A DNA stretch of 64,000 bases. Source: Balanoglossus misakiensis (taxonomy: Eukaryota > Animalia > Hemichordata). The notes under the pieces were generated by a model. The model did no database searches and was not told the origin of the DNA. It was given only the letters and a program-made list of their open reading frames with translations. Where the stretch lies: NCBI GenBank assembly GCA_040954595.2, contig CM082576.2:2330760-2394759 (forward strand). Direction: 5' to 3'. Numbering within the stretch: position 1 is the stretch's first letter; every line of letters starts with the position of its first letter. The translations under genes were made by a program, and so were the position numbers. Positions 21,647 through 37,100 of this stretch are shown here, piece by piece.

Positions 21647-24600
21647 CAATATAGCAAGTCCAACAGCCAGGCTTGATCACCTTGATTTCTTCACATATTT
21701 AAATTTCAGGCAAAGTGCACCTGGGGAAAGATTTTCACAGTGGATTTCAAAACCCTACTGCTGTTTGGTAGGCTGACTTTTTATTGCAAAGTACCAGGGG
21801 TACATATTTTAATACCAGACTTTTGTTTGCCATACAGGTACTGACATTTGGTCATGTTAATTTACTATTGCCAATAATGGTTTACTCTTTTCAAAAAGAT
21901 TCTTGCTAATGTTTTATTTTAGTCTGTATACCAAAGTTCAAATATTTTAAAAATGTGCTGGTAGTTTCCATGTACCTCTGAAAGAATAGCGCCCTCACAG
22001 GCACATTCGTTTTTTCTGAGTACATGTATACTTCCTACACCTACCTCTATTGCTGTTTGTATGTATATATTTGTTTAATGAAAAGATTTTATTGTGTAAA
22101 AAATTGAAGTTTCATGTGAAGAAAAGAATGTCTTTTTTAGTAAAATCATGAATTCTAAAAGCTACTTTTTTACCAGTTGGGTCATTTCACAAAACTCATG
22201 TTGGCAAATGCACTTTTGCAAGACCTGTTAGAGAGCTATTTACTGTTATGTAAATCTGGTAAACAACCAACAGATGCAGTGTCAATAAAAACAAACGCAC
22301 AACATTTGTGTTTACCTTTCTGTCAATTATTTAATCCTTTAATAAAAATTTATACAAATGACAGCATGTGATTTGAAAGCATGGGCAAATTTGAATTATT
22401 TTTCAGCATGGGGAGAGGGGGGTGGGAGGGAAATAACTTGACAATCTGGATCAGAAACACTTTGTTTCAACAATGTGAGTTGGTATGATTGAAGAGTGTG
22501 TGTCAGTTTCGAATACCAAACTATCATTTCCCTGATTCTGCATAAAATATACATTTTTTTGTTTAGATTGAATAATATTCACCCACAGGCATAAAAATAT
22601 GGATTCAGGTAACATAATAGTCAATTAACTTGTTTTTGAGTAATACATTAATGGTGATAAATAAAAAAAAAAAGAATAAATTCATAGTTTTCACAAAAAG
22701 ACTACTTCCATTGAACTAGCAGTGTAACCTCTCCGAAAGTGGACACATGCACTTTTTTCCGTCTCCAAAACAAACTTAAAAAGCAGATTTTTGTAATATT
22801 AATAGATAACATACAAATTATGCAAGTTTGCACATAACATAATTCAAAATAAATACTTTGTACATGCAAATAGGATAATGTAATAGTGGATGAACAGTGT
22901 TCAAAGGTTATTGCTAATTTTGATATTCTTGAGACAAGTGGAAAATGTCTATTGCTCTGGTAATATATTAGACTTGTTGAAAGAAATTGAAACTGTCCGA
23001 GATCCCACACATAACATTGAAATTCAAATACAGTAACTTTTACATATTTGCAAATATCTACGGTGGAAAAAAATTTCATTCTCTTAAAATTTATCAAAAA
23101 TACTTAGTCAATGACTTGCATTCATATACAATTTGTTTTCATGTACAATTCAATGAGAGAATTTTTTGAAGATTTTCTGAAGTTGCAAAATGTACTTTGC
23201 CCACTGAAGAAAACAGAAGCTTGATGCAAATTTTTGAAGGCGGTGAATGATAGAAGGAAGGAAGGAAGAGTATGAAAGTGTGTGAAATACATACACAATG
23301 GTGTATGCTGAGAGCCAATAGGATAAAACATGGACCCTGCTTGGTAAAATCCCGAATCTATGCCTTTGTGATGTGAGAAGTTTTTTGGGTCTGTCGATAC
23401 ATGCTGAAATTCACAGATTATCAAATACAACATACATGTAGGTAAGCACGTCGGGTGACAGCAAATGAAATGCTCACTTTTCAGGATCCCCCCCCCCCCT
23501 CCCTTCAGTATGTCCCGGCCCTCCTTTGGCTGCATCCCATCAATGCTAACACTGCAGAGCTGAGATGTTGGTCTTTCCTTACTTGAGCCATGGATCAGCA
23601 AAACCAAAGGTCATGGATGGATGGAGGGGATGGAAGTGATACATGCGAGGTGGAGGGGGGGGGGGCAGATGGAAAAGTGTCATTGGAAATATATGCATGT
23701 CAGAACCCAGCGCACACATAAATGCATGGAATGTTAAAGAGTGGCTGTTAGATAAAAAGGGATGGCTCGCTCAGACATAGGGAGGGTGGTTCTAATAGGT
23801 TGCATGAAAAGACAGAGACCATGAAAACAAAGAAATAGCACAGATGTGTTACAAATGTTCACAAACTATATTTTTTATTCACTATGAAATGACCAAGCTC
23901 CAGATAATATCAGATTAATGTCGTTGAAAGAAAAGTAGAAGTTCATTTGAAGATAGACAAAAGCTAGTGTTACAAGAAGACAGACTGAAGAAGTAAGAAA
24001 GGGTTTAAGGAAATGGTTTTGATATGTGCTGGGGATTTTTTGGACGGTGATTTGCTGTCAGCAGGCACAGAGTAACAACCGCAGGTATTTGACTTGCTAG
24101 ATTATTTTTTACTTTTGCCCCAAAGATATTTCACACAATCTGCAATGGTTACTTCGTTAAAAATGGTCAAACTACCACCAAACACCTCTAGAGATTGGTG
24201 ATAGGTCAAGAGCCGAGAAGAAGCAGAAATCTACGATGTTTGTGATAAGTGTCAATTTTGTGATAAGTTAGTGGTGTTTTTTTGTGGGAAGACAAAACCA
24301 ACATGTGATCTTCAAACAATACTTTGCTTTTTTTCTACTTTTTTTCTCACTTCGTGCACTTTGATACACATGCACAAAAGAGTACAGCTCCATTTTAGGT
24401 GTGTCTCTGATGGCAAAAGCTCACACCAAAATGGCCTGTTGATATACAAGTCCCCCCCACTGCACCACATTGGAAATTGACATCACTGTTTCCTTGGCGA
24501 GTTGTTGATTGACATGAGTGAATATAAACCCAATACGAGAGAAGCCAGCTCTCAGGCAAGTCAAACCCTTAAAGTTTCACTACAGTTCCACAGACAGAGG

Positions 24601-25152
24601 ATTTTCTTTTAAAATGTGACTCAGCAGATACTATGCCTCTACACGGGCACTTTCTGGTTAGAAATGGATAAATTTCTTAGAAAATCTACAAAACTAATTC
24701 CTTTCACATCTTTTTTAAAAAATCCTTTGGAAGACGTGCAGCATTCAATACTGCCATGTAAGGCACCTCCTTTTTTAGTTAATATACGTATTTCTTTTTT
24801 TTTCCTACAAAATTACAGCAATACCTTGATTTCCAGAAGCAAATCATTCTAACACTATATATTTTCTTCTCTCTACAGATAAAATGATTCTGTGACTATA
24901 AAAAATCGAGAGTTGTTACAACTTATGCATAAAGCTGTGAGAACAGAATGGCAGCACCAAATACTGGAAAAAATAGATGAAAAAACCCCAAATGTACACA
25001 ACAATTGCATAATTTCTGCCACCAGCCAAGAAAAGGAGCAATTCTTATAAAGACATGATGTCTTTGGTCAATAGTGTGTTATATATTAAGTACATTATGT
25101 CACCTTCATCATTTAATACCATTACTGTTTGTTTATTAATAAACAGTGTTTT

Positions 25153-28100
25153 CTATTTTTGTAACCATGACACCGGCACCCATGTAGGCTCCACTTGTAT
25201 CCTGTTGATTTCATTTATAAGTTCATTATATGCTCTTTCCAGGTCGGAGTTGATGAGCACATAGTCAAAATAGTGACCGTGTGTATCCTCCATTTCGCGT
25301 CCTTTCTCTATCATATCGCGGAGCTCCTCATCCTTTGGAATGAAAAAAAAAGACAAATATATCAACGTCAGTGTTTAAGGTATACAGTCACCTATGCAAA
25401 TTTAGCCACAGTTTACCAGGGAAGTTGAGATCTAAGCCCCTCCTTACCTTGAGGTTTTCCCCGGTCTGTGCTTTCATGAGTCGTAGTCTGTCCAGTGACG
25501 GTGGCCTTACAAAGATGATGTACGGTTTCAGATCCGAATGTTTCAGAATTTTCAATGCCTAGGGAATGAGAACCATACATAACCATAAACGCCATTAGTG
25601 TTTTCTCTTGGCTGTCCAAACCAGTCATTAGAAAGAAAACAACAGATATTTCAATGTTACATGAAGTACAGACTCCAACTGATCTGATTGACATAATACC
25701 AAATAGGAACTCAAAATCAGCAGCTCCAAAAACCTTCCCTGGCAGCAAAAGATCCCCTCTCCTCTTACCTGTGGGTGTAAATTGAGCACGCAAGATCTGC
25801 CTGAGTTCACCACGTGTCGGATTGCATCCAGACTGGTTCCGTAAATGTTTTTCTCAAACTCTCCATGTTCCACAAATTTTCCAGCCAAGATATCCTGTTC
25901 AAATCTCTGTTTGCTGATAAAATAATAATCCCTTCCGTCCATTTCACCCGCTTTCTTGCTCCTTGTGGTGTCTGGGAAAAAAAAAATTAATTAATGACTC
26001 TACTGACATCGACTGAAGATTCAAATACTGAAAAGATTCCCTAAAGTTTTGTTGAATAGCTAGGTAGCAGTAGTGTCTGCAAGCGCCTCTAAGAGTCTGT
26101 TCGTAAATACACATGGAAGGTTCTTCGTTTCACTAACAAGTAACGTTATCTCAACTCCTCTTCAGAAGATGTCAAACCAGGTCCATCACTTACTGGATAT
26201 TAAAAAACAGCAGGACAACATATATCACATGTCTCCCTATTTCCTACAATTCAACGCTGAAAGGAAAATGAAAATATTTGACTTCTGTTGACCCCGTTTG
26301 ACACACGACACGATTTTCCATCAGATGCGCAATGCACCGCAGTTGCTACGGCAACTTACTTACGTGGAACAGATTTAGCAAATTTGTCTGGGTGAGTGTC
26401 AATGAGTTTCTGTCGGAGTTCCTGCCTTCCTACATTGGTTGGTCCGATTAATACTATGGGGCGTAGTCGATTGCCACGAGGCTGGTACAGCGCCACCTCT
26501 TCATACGTCAAAATTTCATCTACGTCATATTCTGTGAAGAAGCAAACATCAAATTTACAAGTTACACATCTGTGTCTGTTTACATCTCAGCTCTTACATT
26601 TTACATGATATTCAAACTGCCCATCTGTAATCTCACCTTCACTCTGGTTTGCATTGTAGAGTACTTTCTTCTTCTTCTTCTTTTTCTTGGCACAGAACCA
26701 TCTGCCTTTCTTCTTGGGTTCCTTGTCATCAACTAGTGTGTGTTTCATGGCTTCTCGTCTGAATGCAAAACAAAATGACAACGTGACATTCTATTCCAGC
26801 CAGTTATACTGATAATGGCTTTAGCCATATAAACTACAAAGGATGGTGGTGGTAGGTGGGTAAAAGTGGGAAACTCCTATCACTTACTGTTGTCTGAAGT
26901 GCTTGCTTGGTATAAGTCCAGCCAGAGTCTGGTCATCTTCCCCCTCCCTGTAGGCCTGCCACCAGTTGGCATCGTCTTGATTGATTACGTGTAAGATATC
27001 CCCCTTCATGAAGGACAATCCTAACTCACGGCACGGAATATAAATGTCGTCTTCTGGATCATAGTCAAAGTTGGCTCGAATGTGTACCTATAGTGGCAAG
27101 GATGAACATATTGTGTCATCATTTCTGTTGTTCAAATTAAGAAATATGCCAGTGGGAAATTTGAAACCTAGTTACAAGAATATTGTTCAGCACTCTGCAT
27201 TTCTGTGAACTGCAAAAGTCTGTATCAGTCACAGTGATGTTTGATACTCACAATAGCGTTTTCCTTGACCGGCTGTTTGACCTCTCTGGTTGGCACAAGT
27301 AAGAAGGTCAGAGTTCCAGTCATTGTTGCCTGAAATAGAAAAGACATCAGCACCACATGATAAACACTCAAGTATGTCACTGTACTTGTATGTAGGTTCA
27401 CGTGGAGACTAGTTTTTTTCTCTCTATAAACAATCTGAGACGTGCTTTTAGACTTGCATTTTTAAATAATTTTCAGTTTGTTATACCATGGCATGTGGAC
27501 CTTGACATGAGTCAAGTAACAGGTGTTATTGCTGCAGGCTATGAGTTTGAACCTTGGCTATCTACTCCCACAAGTGTCACCGGCGACAATAAAATTCAAT
27601 CTCCCTGATCACACTTGCTTTACACACAACTCTCAAGAAGCCTTGATTCGATCTCCACCATCCCTAGAAACATCCCCACCACACACTTACCATCAAATCA
27701 CAGACTTCATTGACTGATTTGCCTTTCATGTCATAACCGTTAATCTCCAGCACTTCATCCCCTTCATGCAACAGTCCACTCTTGTCAGCGGCACCACCAC
27801 GCACTATGCGACCAATAACTATGGAATCTCCTTCGTTTCTCACTGTAGCACCCTGCAAGGACAACCAAACCAGACGTGATGAATGCTGCAGTTATGCCTC
27901 AGGTTTTGTCAACACAGAAACTGTTATTCATACGACAGTTTCACACACAAGGGAATCTAACACACACCCAACATATTTCGCCAGAATTTCTATTTTTAAA
28001 TTCTGTATCAGACTCATGTAAGCACAGACTTCCCTTTCCTCTCTTGATGGCAGGCCTATATTTTCCAGACTCCACACTCTGGATATACAAAATAGATATT

Positions 28101-31100
28101 CTGTAGATGAAGCCTCCAACTAATGATAAACAGGCTGCCTGCAGTACATTGTTACTATCATCAAAACTGACAATCTTGCCAAGCAAAAGTCTTCTAAAAT
28201 TTTGCAAAAAAAGTTTTAAATACAAAGTTTGTACTGAATGTGGACAGGGGTAACAACATTCTCTGAACTCACCAATGGTTCAGCTGTCTTGTCAATCCTG
28301 ACTATTTTCACAGAATCTTCTTCAGTGAACTGGGAGGCCCTTTCGAGTTGATCATCATACTCCTCTTCGTCTGCTGCAGGGACCCAGCCGTCTTGAGCAG
28401 CAATTGTGTCATGGGCCATGACTAGTGACTGTCAGGAGAGAGACAGGGAGCAAGCAATACGCAAATTGTAATTTCCTTTTTACCACCGATATCGAATGAC
28501 CTCGAGGAAAATTAAGGAGGAAGTCTTTCACTAGGGGGTCTAGGCTGAATAAATGCAGTTTTTACTTCATCTTTTATACAAGTTTTTAGCTTCCTTTTTC
28601 TATTCACAGTTACTAGTTTATCATTTACATTATTCTTGTCTCCAGCTCTTGCTGGTGCTTGTAACATGTAAATTATGAGAAAAATTGAGAACATCACCAA
28701 ATGTATGTTTGGTAGTTTACACGTTTTTGTTAGAAGCATACTTTTAGTTAGTTTTTCTGTGAAATTTCCCAAATGTCTACCTCACTGCCAATAAGCACAA
28801 TAAAAGAATATTATTTCTGGTATTAAGCAAAAATGTTGTGGTAGAAGTATTTTCATGTTATGTCTATAAGGAGTGAGACTGTATAACTCACATCAAATTC
28901 AACCTTTCTGAAGATTTGCTTGAGCTCTTCACTTTCTCTGGTGTTTACATCTCGTAAGATTCCTTTCACCTGTTGCAGAGAATTGGAGAAAAATCTATTA
29001 CCACTTGCATAAATTTGACAATACTTGACATCACTGAATGATCATGCCCCTTCCCCTTGTTACAACGACCACAAACAAGTAACTACCATAATACATATGC
29101 ACTATAGATATGTTAGGCAGAGAGTATCATAGCCTTAGTCCTAAAATGAAATACAGCATAATCTATCATCTCACCTCAGCTACAAGATAATGAATGTTAT
29201 GTATGACAGGCGTCACCGGAACCTCTTGAGTGTGGATATCTGTCACTGCGTTGTGAACACAAACTGCCTGTTGGAAGTCCCTGTTCAGAAACAAGTTCTG
29301 CAGAAACCTGATGTCTTCTGCATCTTGAGGGTTCTTCAGGACGCTGGTAATGTTGTTCAGTGATGCAAACAGCTCTTCTAGACCTGGGCAGACAAAGCAC
29401 AATAGGAACAGGCACGTACATGTAGTAAGATACCAGCATTCTTTTTCACTGCTTCCTCTTTTTTTACATTCATTTCAGGAGTATTCTGAGTTTTGTAGAG
29501 CCTCAGTGGTGACATAGACCCAGTCATTATTTTCAAAGGAAAGTACAAAAACAGGCTGTACATTTTGTGTGCTTTGCAATTGGTGCTGTGTCATCAAAAC
29601 TGAAGTCATGCGACGGATTCTGTGTTTATCCACAGGGGACTTGGTGTCAAGATTGAGGTCACACTGTGGCTTGCGTTATTATAAATAACAGTCAGAATGT
29701 TAACGTCACCCTGACAAGCATCTGCTGATCGGTAATTCGACTGCATGAAGCACATGGAAACCTAGGATTGGTTTTCACTACACTGATGCGCGAGGGGAAG
29801 CGCGAATGATACCCAGCATTCCATCAGGGAGAGATTACGCCTAATGCTCAAAACAACACAATTACAGACATATTTCCATGTAGTATGTCAACATTATCTC
29901 AAATGTGGTATCATCCAACTGGATTATTTTTTTTTAGAAAAAAGAAAAGCTTTTTAAAAATAAACATACTTACCCACTGTTTGTGTGGCTTGTGGCTCAC
30001 TTAGTTGGCTATTGATATCCTCGTGTTGTACGGCCACTTGCGCGAGTTCTGGCTGCCTCAGATCCCCCTGGGTTCTGTTCACAGCATTTGACGTCACAGA
30101 ATTTGCTTTGGGGACAGTCTGTGGCTGCACCCTCCACTCCTCCGCTTTACTCTTTGGCATTTTCCTCTTATCCAGATCCTTGGGCAGAGTGGCCTTGTGG
30201 TGGATGTCGCCGTCCACCTCGGCCGAGTAGAACGGTGGAGGATCCTTCATTCCACTGGCGGCGACAAAACTTGGTGGGCAATCGACGGGAAGTTCCCTGG
30301 GAACAAAGTTCTCCATGTCGTAATCCTGGACACTCATGGCGACTTTTTGCTTCTCCTCTTCTTCTCTGTCTTTCACATCCAACACGGACAAATCAGGCGG
30401 TGATTCCTCGGTCTTCCTCTTTGTTTTCACAACAACCTCTTCCGAGACCGGTTGACTTCCGGGTTCCGGCGCGTACCTATTGGCAATTTCCACCTCAGTA
30501 TCAGAGAGTGAATCCACAGCCAGGTTGGCTAAACCTTTCCCACTCTGATTACTACTGAGGGAACGATTATCATCAATTGCACTTGACTCACTGGCAGTAA
30601 TTCCAAGAACTGACAAATCCAACTCGGTTTCAGTCTCAATTTTTGTGGCGGTAATCTCCGACTCCGCACCGGTGTTGCCGTTTTCCAGTCCAGAAACGGC
30701 GTTGACTTTGTTTCGATTCTGTTCCTTCAGAATGTGTGCATAGATTTCACTTGTGTCCCGAACTCCGTTCACGTCTGTGCCATTAATTTCACCAGGACGT
30801 TCCAATGTTGGCATATTTATCATATCAATCGGCTGGACTTTTTCCAACGCCGACAGCTTTGCCAGCCGTTCCTTGGCTTGCTGTTCCACGGCTATGACAT
30901 AGGCCTCTTGAATATTGTTGGGGTCTATCCCACTGGTATCTGTCGGCAAAAGACAAGAAACAACAGATCATAACTTACACACATCCAAAATACCAGAATG
31001 AACTTTAACACAAAGTACTAGTACCAGTGTATAATTTCACAAGGAAAAGACATCACATCTTTTCTTCACTTTTTCCTGCACAGACATTTTATAAAATGAT

Positions 31101-34100
31101 GCATCAGTTTATTTTTCTCTTTGTTTCCAAATCTCATCTGACTTATCGCTAATACAAAGAAACAAAAACAGAGATGTTTTGTGTCATTCTTTACTGATAC
31201 TTTTGTGAGAGAACAGAATCTCAGGGCTTGCTGTGTAGCCTGGGTGACACTCAAGTGATCAGTACAGGGGGTACGCATGTTCACGTGCCGCACCATTTTA
31301 AGCACTGCTCTGAGAGTGAAACTGCTCACCCAATGATGTTGTCCCCTTGGTATGAAAACCAAGGCCAGAAGTCACTCCGCAAATGAGTGTAAAATTCTTT
31401 GCATGTATGATACATGCAAGATGCATGTCTATCAAAAATCAAACACCCTAGCAACTTGAACCACAAAGTTTAACACACTAATCACAATTTCCCCTTCAGT
31501 AACTTTGTTCACAATAAAAGTGAAAGAAATTTATTTCTGACTTCTGACATAACACATTTTCACCGACAGATGTACAGCGATAAATAAGTCAAGGCACTGA
31601 GGTTGAAAAGACAAATGTTATTTTTGCAAAGAAGGAAAAAGAAGAATGACTTGTTAACACTCAGGAAATGAATCATAGCTACCACAATTGTTTATAGTTC
31701 ATGTAACAACGCCTTATATCTCAAAGCTCCACGTCACTGACCGATATAATTCTGTGAGTTTTTGTGAAAGTTGATCCAACAGGCATGTTGCAGTTGCTTC
31801 ACACAAAAATTCATCAGGATTAATTTCTTTCTGGCCTTGAATTTCCAACAAACAATGTTCCATGAATAATTACACAAAAATTCCAATCTTCTAAGATTTC
31901 AACCCAAATACAGGACTGCACCATTTTAATGTCTGCTCAATTGCCTTGCTGGTATTTGAAATAGGTCTATCTCACCAATACAATTCAATCATTTTCCAGT
32001 AGTTCAATATAATCGCTGCATTAAACCAACAATTAATTCACCACTAAGGAATGTTTTCGTTCAACAATATGTTGTTCAACATTACTTCAAAATGTAAATA
32101 TTTGATCTGGTCACAAACAGCAAATGCTACAGAACCATTCCACAAAAATTTTGCACGGTCAGCAACTAGTTATATTGCCCATCTGTTCTGCTATCGCTGA
32201 GCAGATAATTGCAAAAGTTTGTACACTAAAAATGGAGCTCAGAGTCATCCTTCAGACCCAAAAAAAATTAAAATCATCAGACGCGCCAACAAGTGAAATT
32301 TAAGACGTAGCTGCCCTGCTAATTGCCATGCACACATCTCAGATAAAAATACCTATCTCATTTGTCCCAATCCAACACAACATCAGGAAAAAAATCAATA
32401 GAAGGCATGACGACCTCCTAACTATGCTGGTCATGTTTATTAAGTAACAAGCGAGTTTATAAACAAATGCAATTTTAAACCCATGACTACATAATTCTCC
32501 TGGCAACTATAAAGAAAACCCTTGACTTGGTTTTTCCCAGATCCAATAAAATCTCCTGACCACAGACACATTACAGCACAGGGGGGAAATCCGTTTGTCC
32601 TGATAATGAAGTGACTGACTAGACTGAAGGGGAAATAATTAAAAATAATAATAAACACAGCCAGGATTAAAGATTGGTCTCACAAATTGTTGACATTGGC
32701 AAGAATGTTTGTAATTTTTTTGACAGCTGATCGGTAGTGTGTAACAAACAATGAAGACCTAGAAAAACTCTACTACATGTAAATGTGGCATAGTTTAACA
32801 GAAGAGGAATGAGGACAATCTTTTGGCACTGCTGAAAATTTATTGAGGCAGACTGACCTTTGCCTTGTGGCTATTAAGTGCACCAAGCCTCCAATAAATG
32901 CCTTATTTTTAAAACAATTCCTACAGCGAGTTCAAGTTTCAAAGAACTTTACCCTAGCTAGGATTTTTTCATTTTCCCTAGAAATGGGAGCAAAGCAGAA
33001 GGTGAGGGTGACTCTTGAACTGGTGTCTAAGTTTTAGAAGATGAAATATAACAACCTATGGATTACTTTAAAAAATCAATAAAGTGTGTAGAAATTGACA
33101 AGTACAATTTTTAAATCCAAGGATTAGAGAAATAGTACACCACAGCAAAATGTGGTACATTTTCCACATCGAAGGGATGGGAACTCAAAGTCCCTCAGCT
33201 GTTTGTTGTTTTCTTTCAAAACTGTGCAAGAATTCCGCCATTCACTCTGATAAGAACGGAATAGAATTTGACCCTGCCCATAGGCGACAGTTTTATCAGA
33301 GCTGAGAGCTCCCTCACTAGTAGTAGAAGTGCTGAGAAGATCCCGGCATGGCAGACTCTGACTGTTACATGCAAAACGCTATCATATTACCGAATGTTGT
33401 CAGACGCAGCCCTATTTGATCTCCATGTAACTTCTCCGGGAAGAAAAAAAAAAGTTACAACCGCACTGCTACACATTACAGAAGAAATCGCAGCCAAGTT
33501 ATTTACCTGAAACGCATGGCCGAGTTTTTGTGCCTTCTCGGGCCCTACGGAACCGCAGCGAGTGGACGCGGGATGGTTTTGAAGTCCAGCGGAGAAGCCA
33601 TGTTGGACTACGAAAAAGGCATTGGGAGGGGGAAAGGAAGAGCACTCTTACAAATGGCAAGTCCTGGGATGTAATAAAACACTATCAAGTCAAGATGTCA
33701 AGTAGTGATTATTTCACTGACCTCCATACCCGACGACATACTTGAAATTCTTGATCGGGTTCACAGTGGTGTGGCTTGTAAAACAAGTGATATTTTGCCG
33801 AATAACAACTTGGGAAGATGTTGTCCGTCCCAAGGAGAAGCCAGGCTATGGGTGGGTATATTTGCCAGTAAACCGACGACAAGCAAGCGCACAGCTACAC
33901 AGTTTACAGGGGGGAAACAATCATGTGGGTGGGGTGTCTGCCTCTGCCTGACTGACTGGGGAGAATGCCAATTGACTTACGAGAAAAGTAATGTGTGTGT
34001 GTGGAGTATTTCGGCCCAACAGGAGTCACTGGGGTGTAAGAATGATTGACAAATATCAATGAGAGAATAATTTCATATAAATGCAAATTAAAAGAATAAC

Positions 34101-37100
34101 ACAAACACTGTGAGTATGCTGAGGGGAGGTGACAGTTTACTGAGAGCGGTGAAGATGGCCTTGGAAAATGCCGATAAAGGTGACCTTCAAGACATTCCGT
34201 TCCAGTTATCAACTCAACAAGAAAAGTGCAAGGAACACAAAGCCTTCAAATCACAACTATTTTATTGCTCTCTTGTCAGTGTCGCCTGTCAACACACAAC
34301 CGGCAGGCAAGGGAAATGAGAATGTCCCTCGCCAATACCCACTGGCACACCCCTTTAATTTAATGGTACAAGCCCACACATGATGAACTCATCTGCCAAG
34401 AACTTTGTGGCGTGACCTGTAGGGGTCACAACCAGATTTCTTTAAAACGCGTGCTGGACTCAGAGAGCCATGGAGGCGCGGCCGTATGCTGAAACAATGC
34501 AATTATCAGATGTTTTTTTTCATTGCAAGTATACATCAGTCTCGCTTCACAGAATTCAACACAACACTGCCACTGCTTTTAGGACCACCCTTTAGAAAAA
34601 ACTTTTCCCCTACAAACGATTTAAGATTAAAAACAAAACTTGGAGATGATCAATTACGCATGTTTTTAATTTTTCTTGTGTAGAGATGACAACTTGTGAT
34701 ATAAGTGGTGGAAACAAATTTTTAAACATCTGACCCATAGGTCAATTCTTTGACCACATAGGCTTATCCAAAACAAAACAACTTTTGTACTTTGTACCAC
34801 TGATTTGTTTACACTTTTGACCCCTAGAGGGCGCAGTTCAGATGCTATCAATATGGACAAAAGGCAGCGACGGATTTTTTTTACAGCCGCTAATGTATTT
34901 GAAAGTGTTACTCCTTAACAGTATCAGCAATAAAAAAAATCTCACTTTTAACAACCACAACAAATATTCAAAAAAATGCAATGCACTGACAACATGTATT
35001 TCAAACAAGCCTCTCTTTATACACCCCTTTCAGACAACCTTGCGCCCTCTATGGTTGGGCCGGGTGATTGCCAGTCAGTAACAAACAGTATGGTTTGCCC
35101 TACTAAGCTTGCCTCATGCAACAAGCACAGACAAATTGGTTCGGTTGGCTAGGCAACAGATAATTTCCTTTTAAGTACTTATGTTTTCATAATCCATTAA
35201 GAAAATTAATGAGTTTTACATGCTGACCTCTGACGCACAAGAAAACCAGACATATTTTTTTGTTAATTGTTTACCCATCACGCCTCATAGACGAAACATA
35301 TTTAAAAAGTTAGCCAATCACAAATGATGTTGAAATACTGTGTTTGTGTACTCAAATCATGTGTGTAACCTGGAATTTAATATTTTATGTGCAAAATCAG
35401 ATAAAATTAATGGTTTGCTGAGATGAACTTGACAGTCTACTTACCGGCTGGCGACCTCCTCTTGACTCGCAAACATATTGATCTGGAGCGGATACACTGA
35501 AACAAACACGAGTTTCCAGAAAAGTCTGGTCAGTCAGAGATAATCAAATAAATCCATTGGAAATATGACATGGTGACACCACCACTCTGCCAGTGTTGAG
35601 GGATAAACAGTTCCCATTGGCTGAAACTCACACCTTGTTCAAAACAAACCACTCTCACAATTTATGGCATGTGGAATTCATGTCAAAACATGAAAATTTA
35701 TGTGCCCCCTTTCTAAAACCAAATACCAAATTACAAAACAAAGTAAATATTTCTATGTATGGATGAGAAAAACACACTGAGCTGCTCAGTTTGCAGTTGT
35801 GACTGTGATTTTTCAAAAAGCTATGGCTGTGTCAAGGGCATGCCAGCCTACTGCATGATTAAACCTGAATTTGTTTTATCATCGGAATTGAATGCAAAAT
35901 AAGGGGCCAATGGTGCACCTTCCATAATATCACTTTTTTTTCGATCACCATTATTATTCATGCTGACAGTGAGGTCATCAATTTTGTGATGTAAATCGAT
36001 CTCTCTAGTAGGTACATGAACAAATCACAGGCTTAAAACCCACTGTATAATGTGAGGGTCTTGATTAATAAAACTGCACCGAGAAAGTTGTAAAGTATAC
36101 GGATTAAGTTTCAGCACAGAAGTAAACTTTTAGTATGCTGATTCAGTGAATTTAAAGTCGCTCATTTCGCACGAAAGAAATGTGGGCACCAAGGAGATTA
36201 TCTTATAACTTTCTGCGCTGTTGGCATATGTTCATCATATTGATAGGAGGATAAAACAGTATATTGAAAGATCTACCTGGTGTATATGTTGTATGACTTC
36301 AGCGTGGGTTGAGTGCTCCAAGGTGTGACCATTAACCTCCAGGATCTCATCGCCAACTTCAAGATCAGCTCTGTCAGCTGGTGAACCTAATGAGACATAA
36401 ACGGGATCAACCAGAGATTACTTTCAGCAATTCAATCAAACTCCACGGGGAGCAAAATAGGAAATTTGGTGACTGGAAATTAGCCGCCATGATAATCATG
36501 TGCTCTCCCTCTTCTGGCAGGCTGTGTATGGCTGGATGTAATAAATGAAAAATAACTCAGATGAATCTGAGTGGAATAACTCCATAACAGCATCTGTTAC
36601 TTTCATTTATCAGATCTGATACTTGACCTTAACAGTTTGGTGTCAAAGGTCATGGGGTCGGTGGGGTAGCTGTGCAAAATTTGCTATAAGAGAACGACAC
36701 AACATATCACAGGTGAAAATTTTCCTATTTTCCATTTTTCTACATTGTCAACAGTTTTACATCGCTCCAATTTCAGATTTGGCAAGTGACACAAAAATAC
36801 GTCACTCATTTCCTTCACATTGACTAATTTCTTTCTAATTGGTTGCATTCAATTAAATATTAAATGATCTATTCAAAACTTTGGTAAATGAAAAAATTAA
36901 ATATTTATAGCAAGTGTGATACCATGGAAATAGTATAAATTCCAAGTCATAATTCTCCAAGACATTCTGGCGTCATGGCATTAAAGCTATAAAATTAATA
37001 ACATAAACTGTATGGATTAAAATCTGCATTGAAAGTCGAAATATCTGACAGCGTCAACACCATGATGTCAATTTTGTTGATTTCCAATTTGTTGCCACTG

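Noticed and set aside
22300-25150. Several 60-160 aa ORFs between TTL and PALS1
   Set aside because: The translations are low-complexity and AT-rich with no motifs or splice pattern; this is probably 3' UTR sequence.
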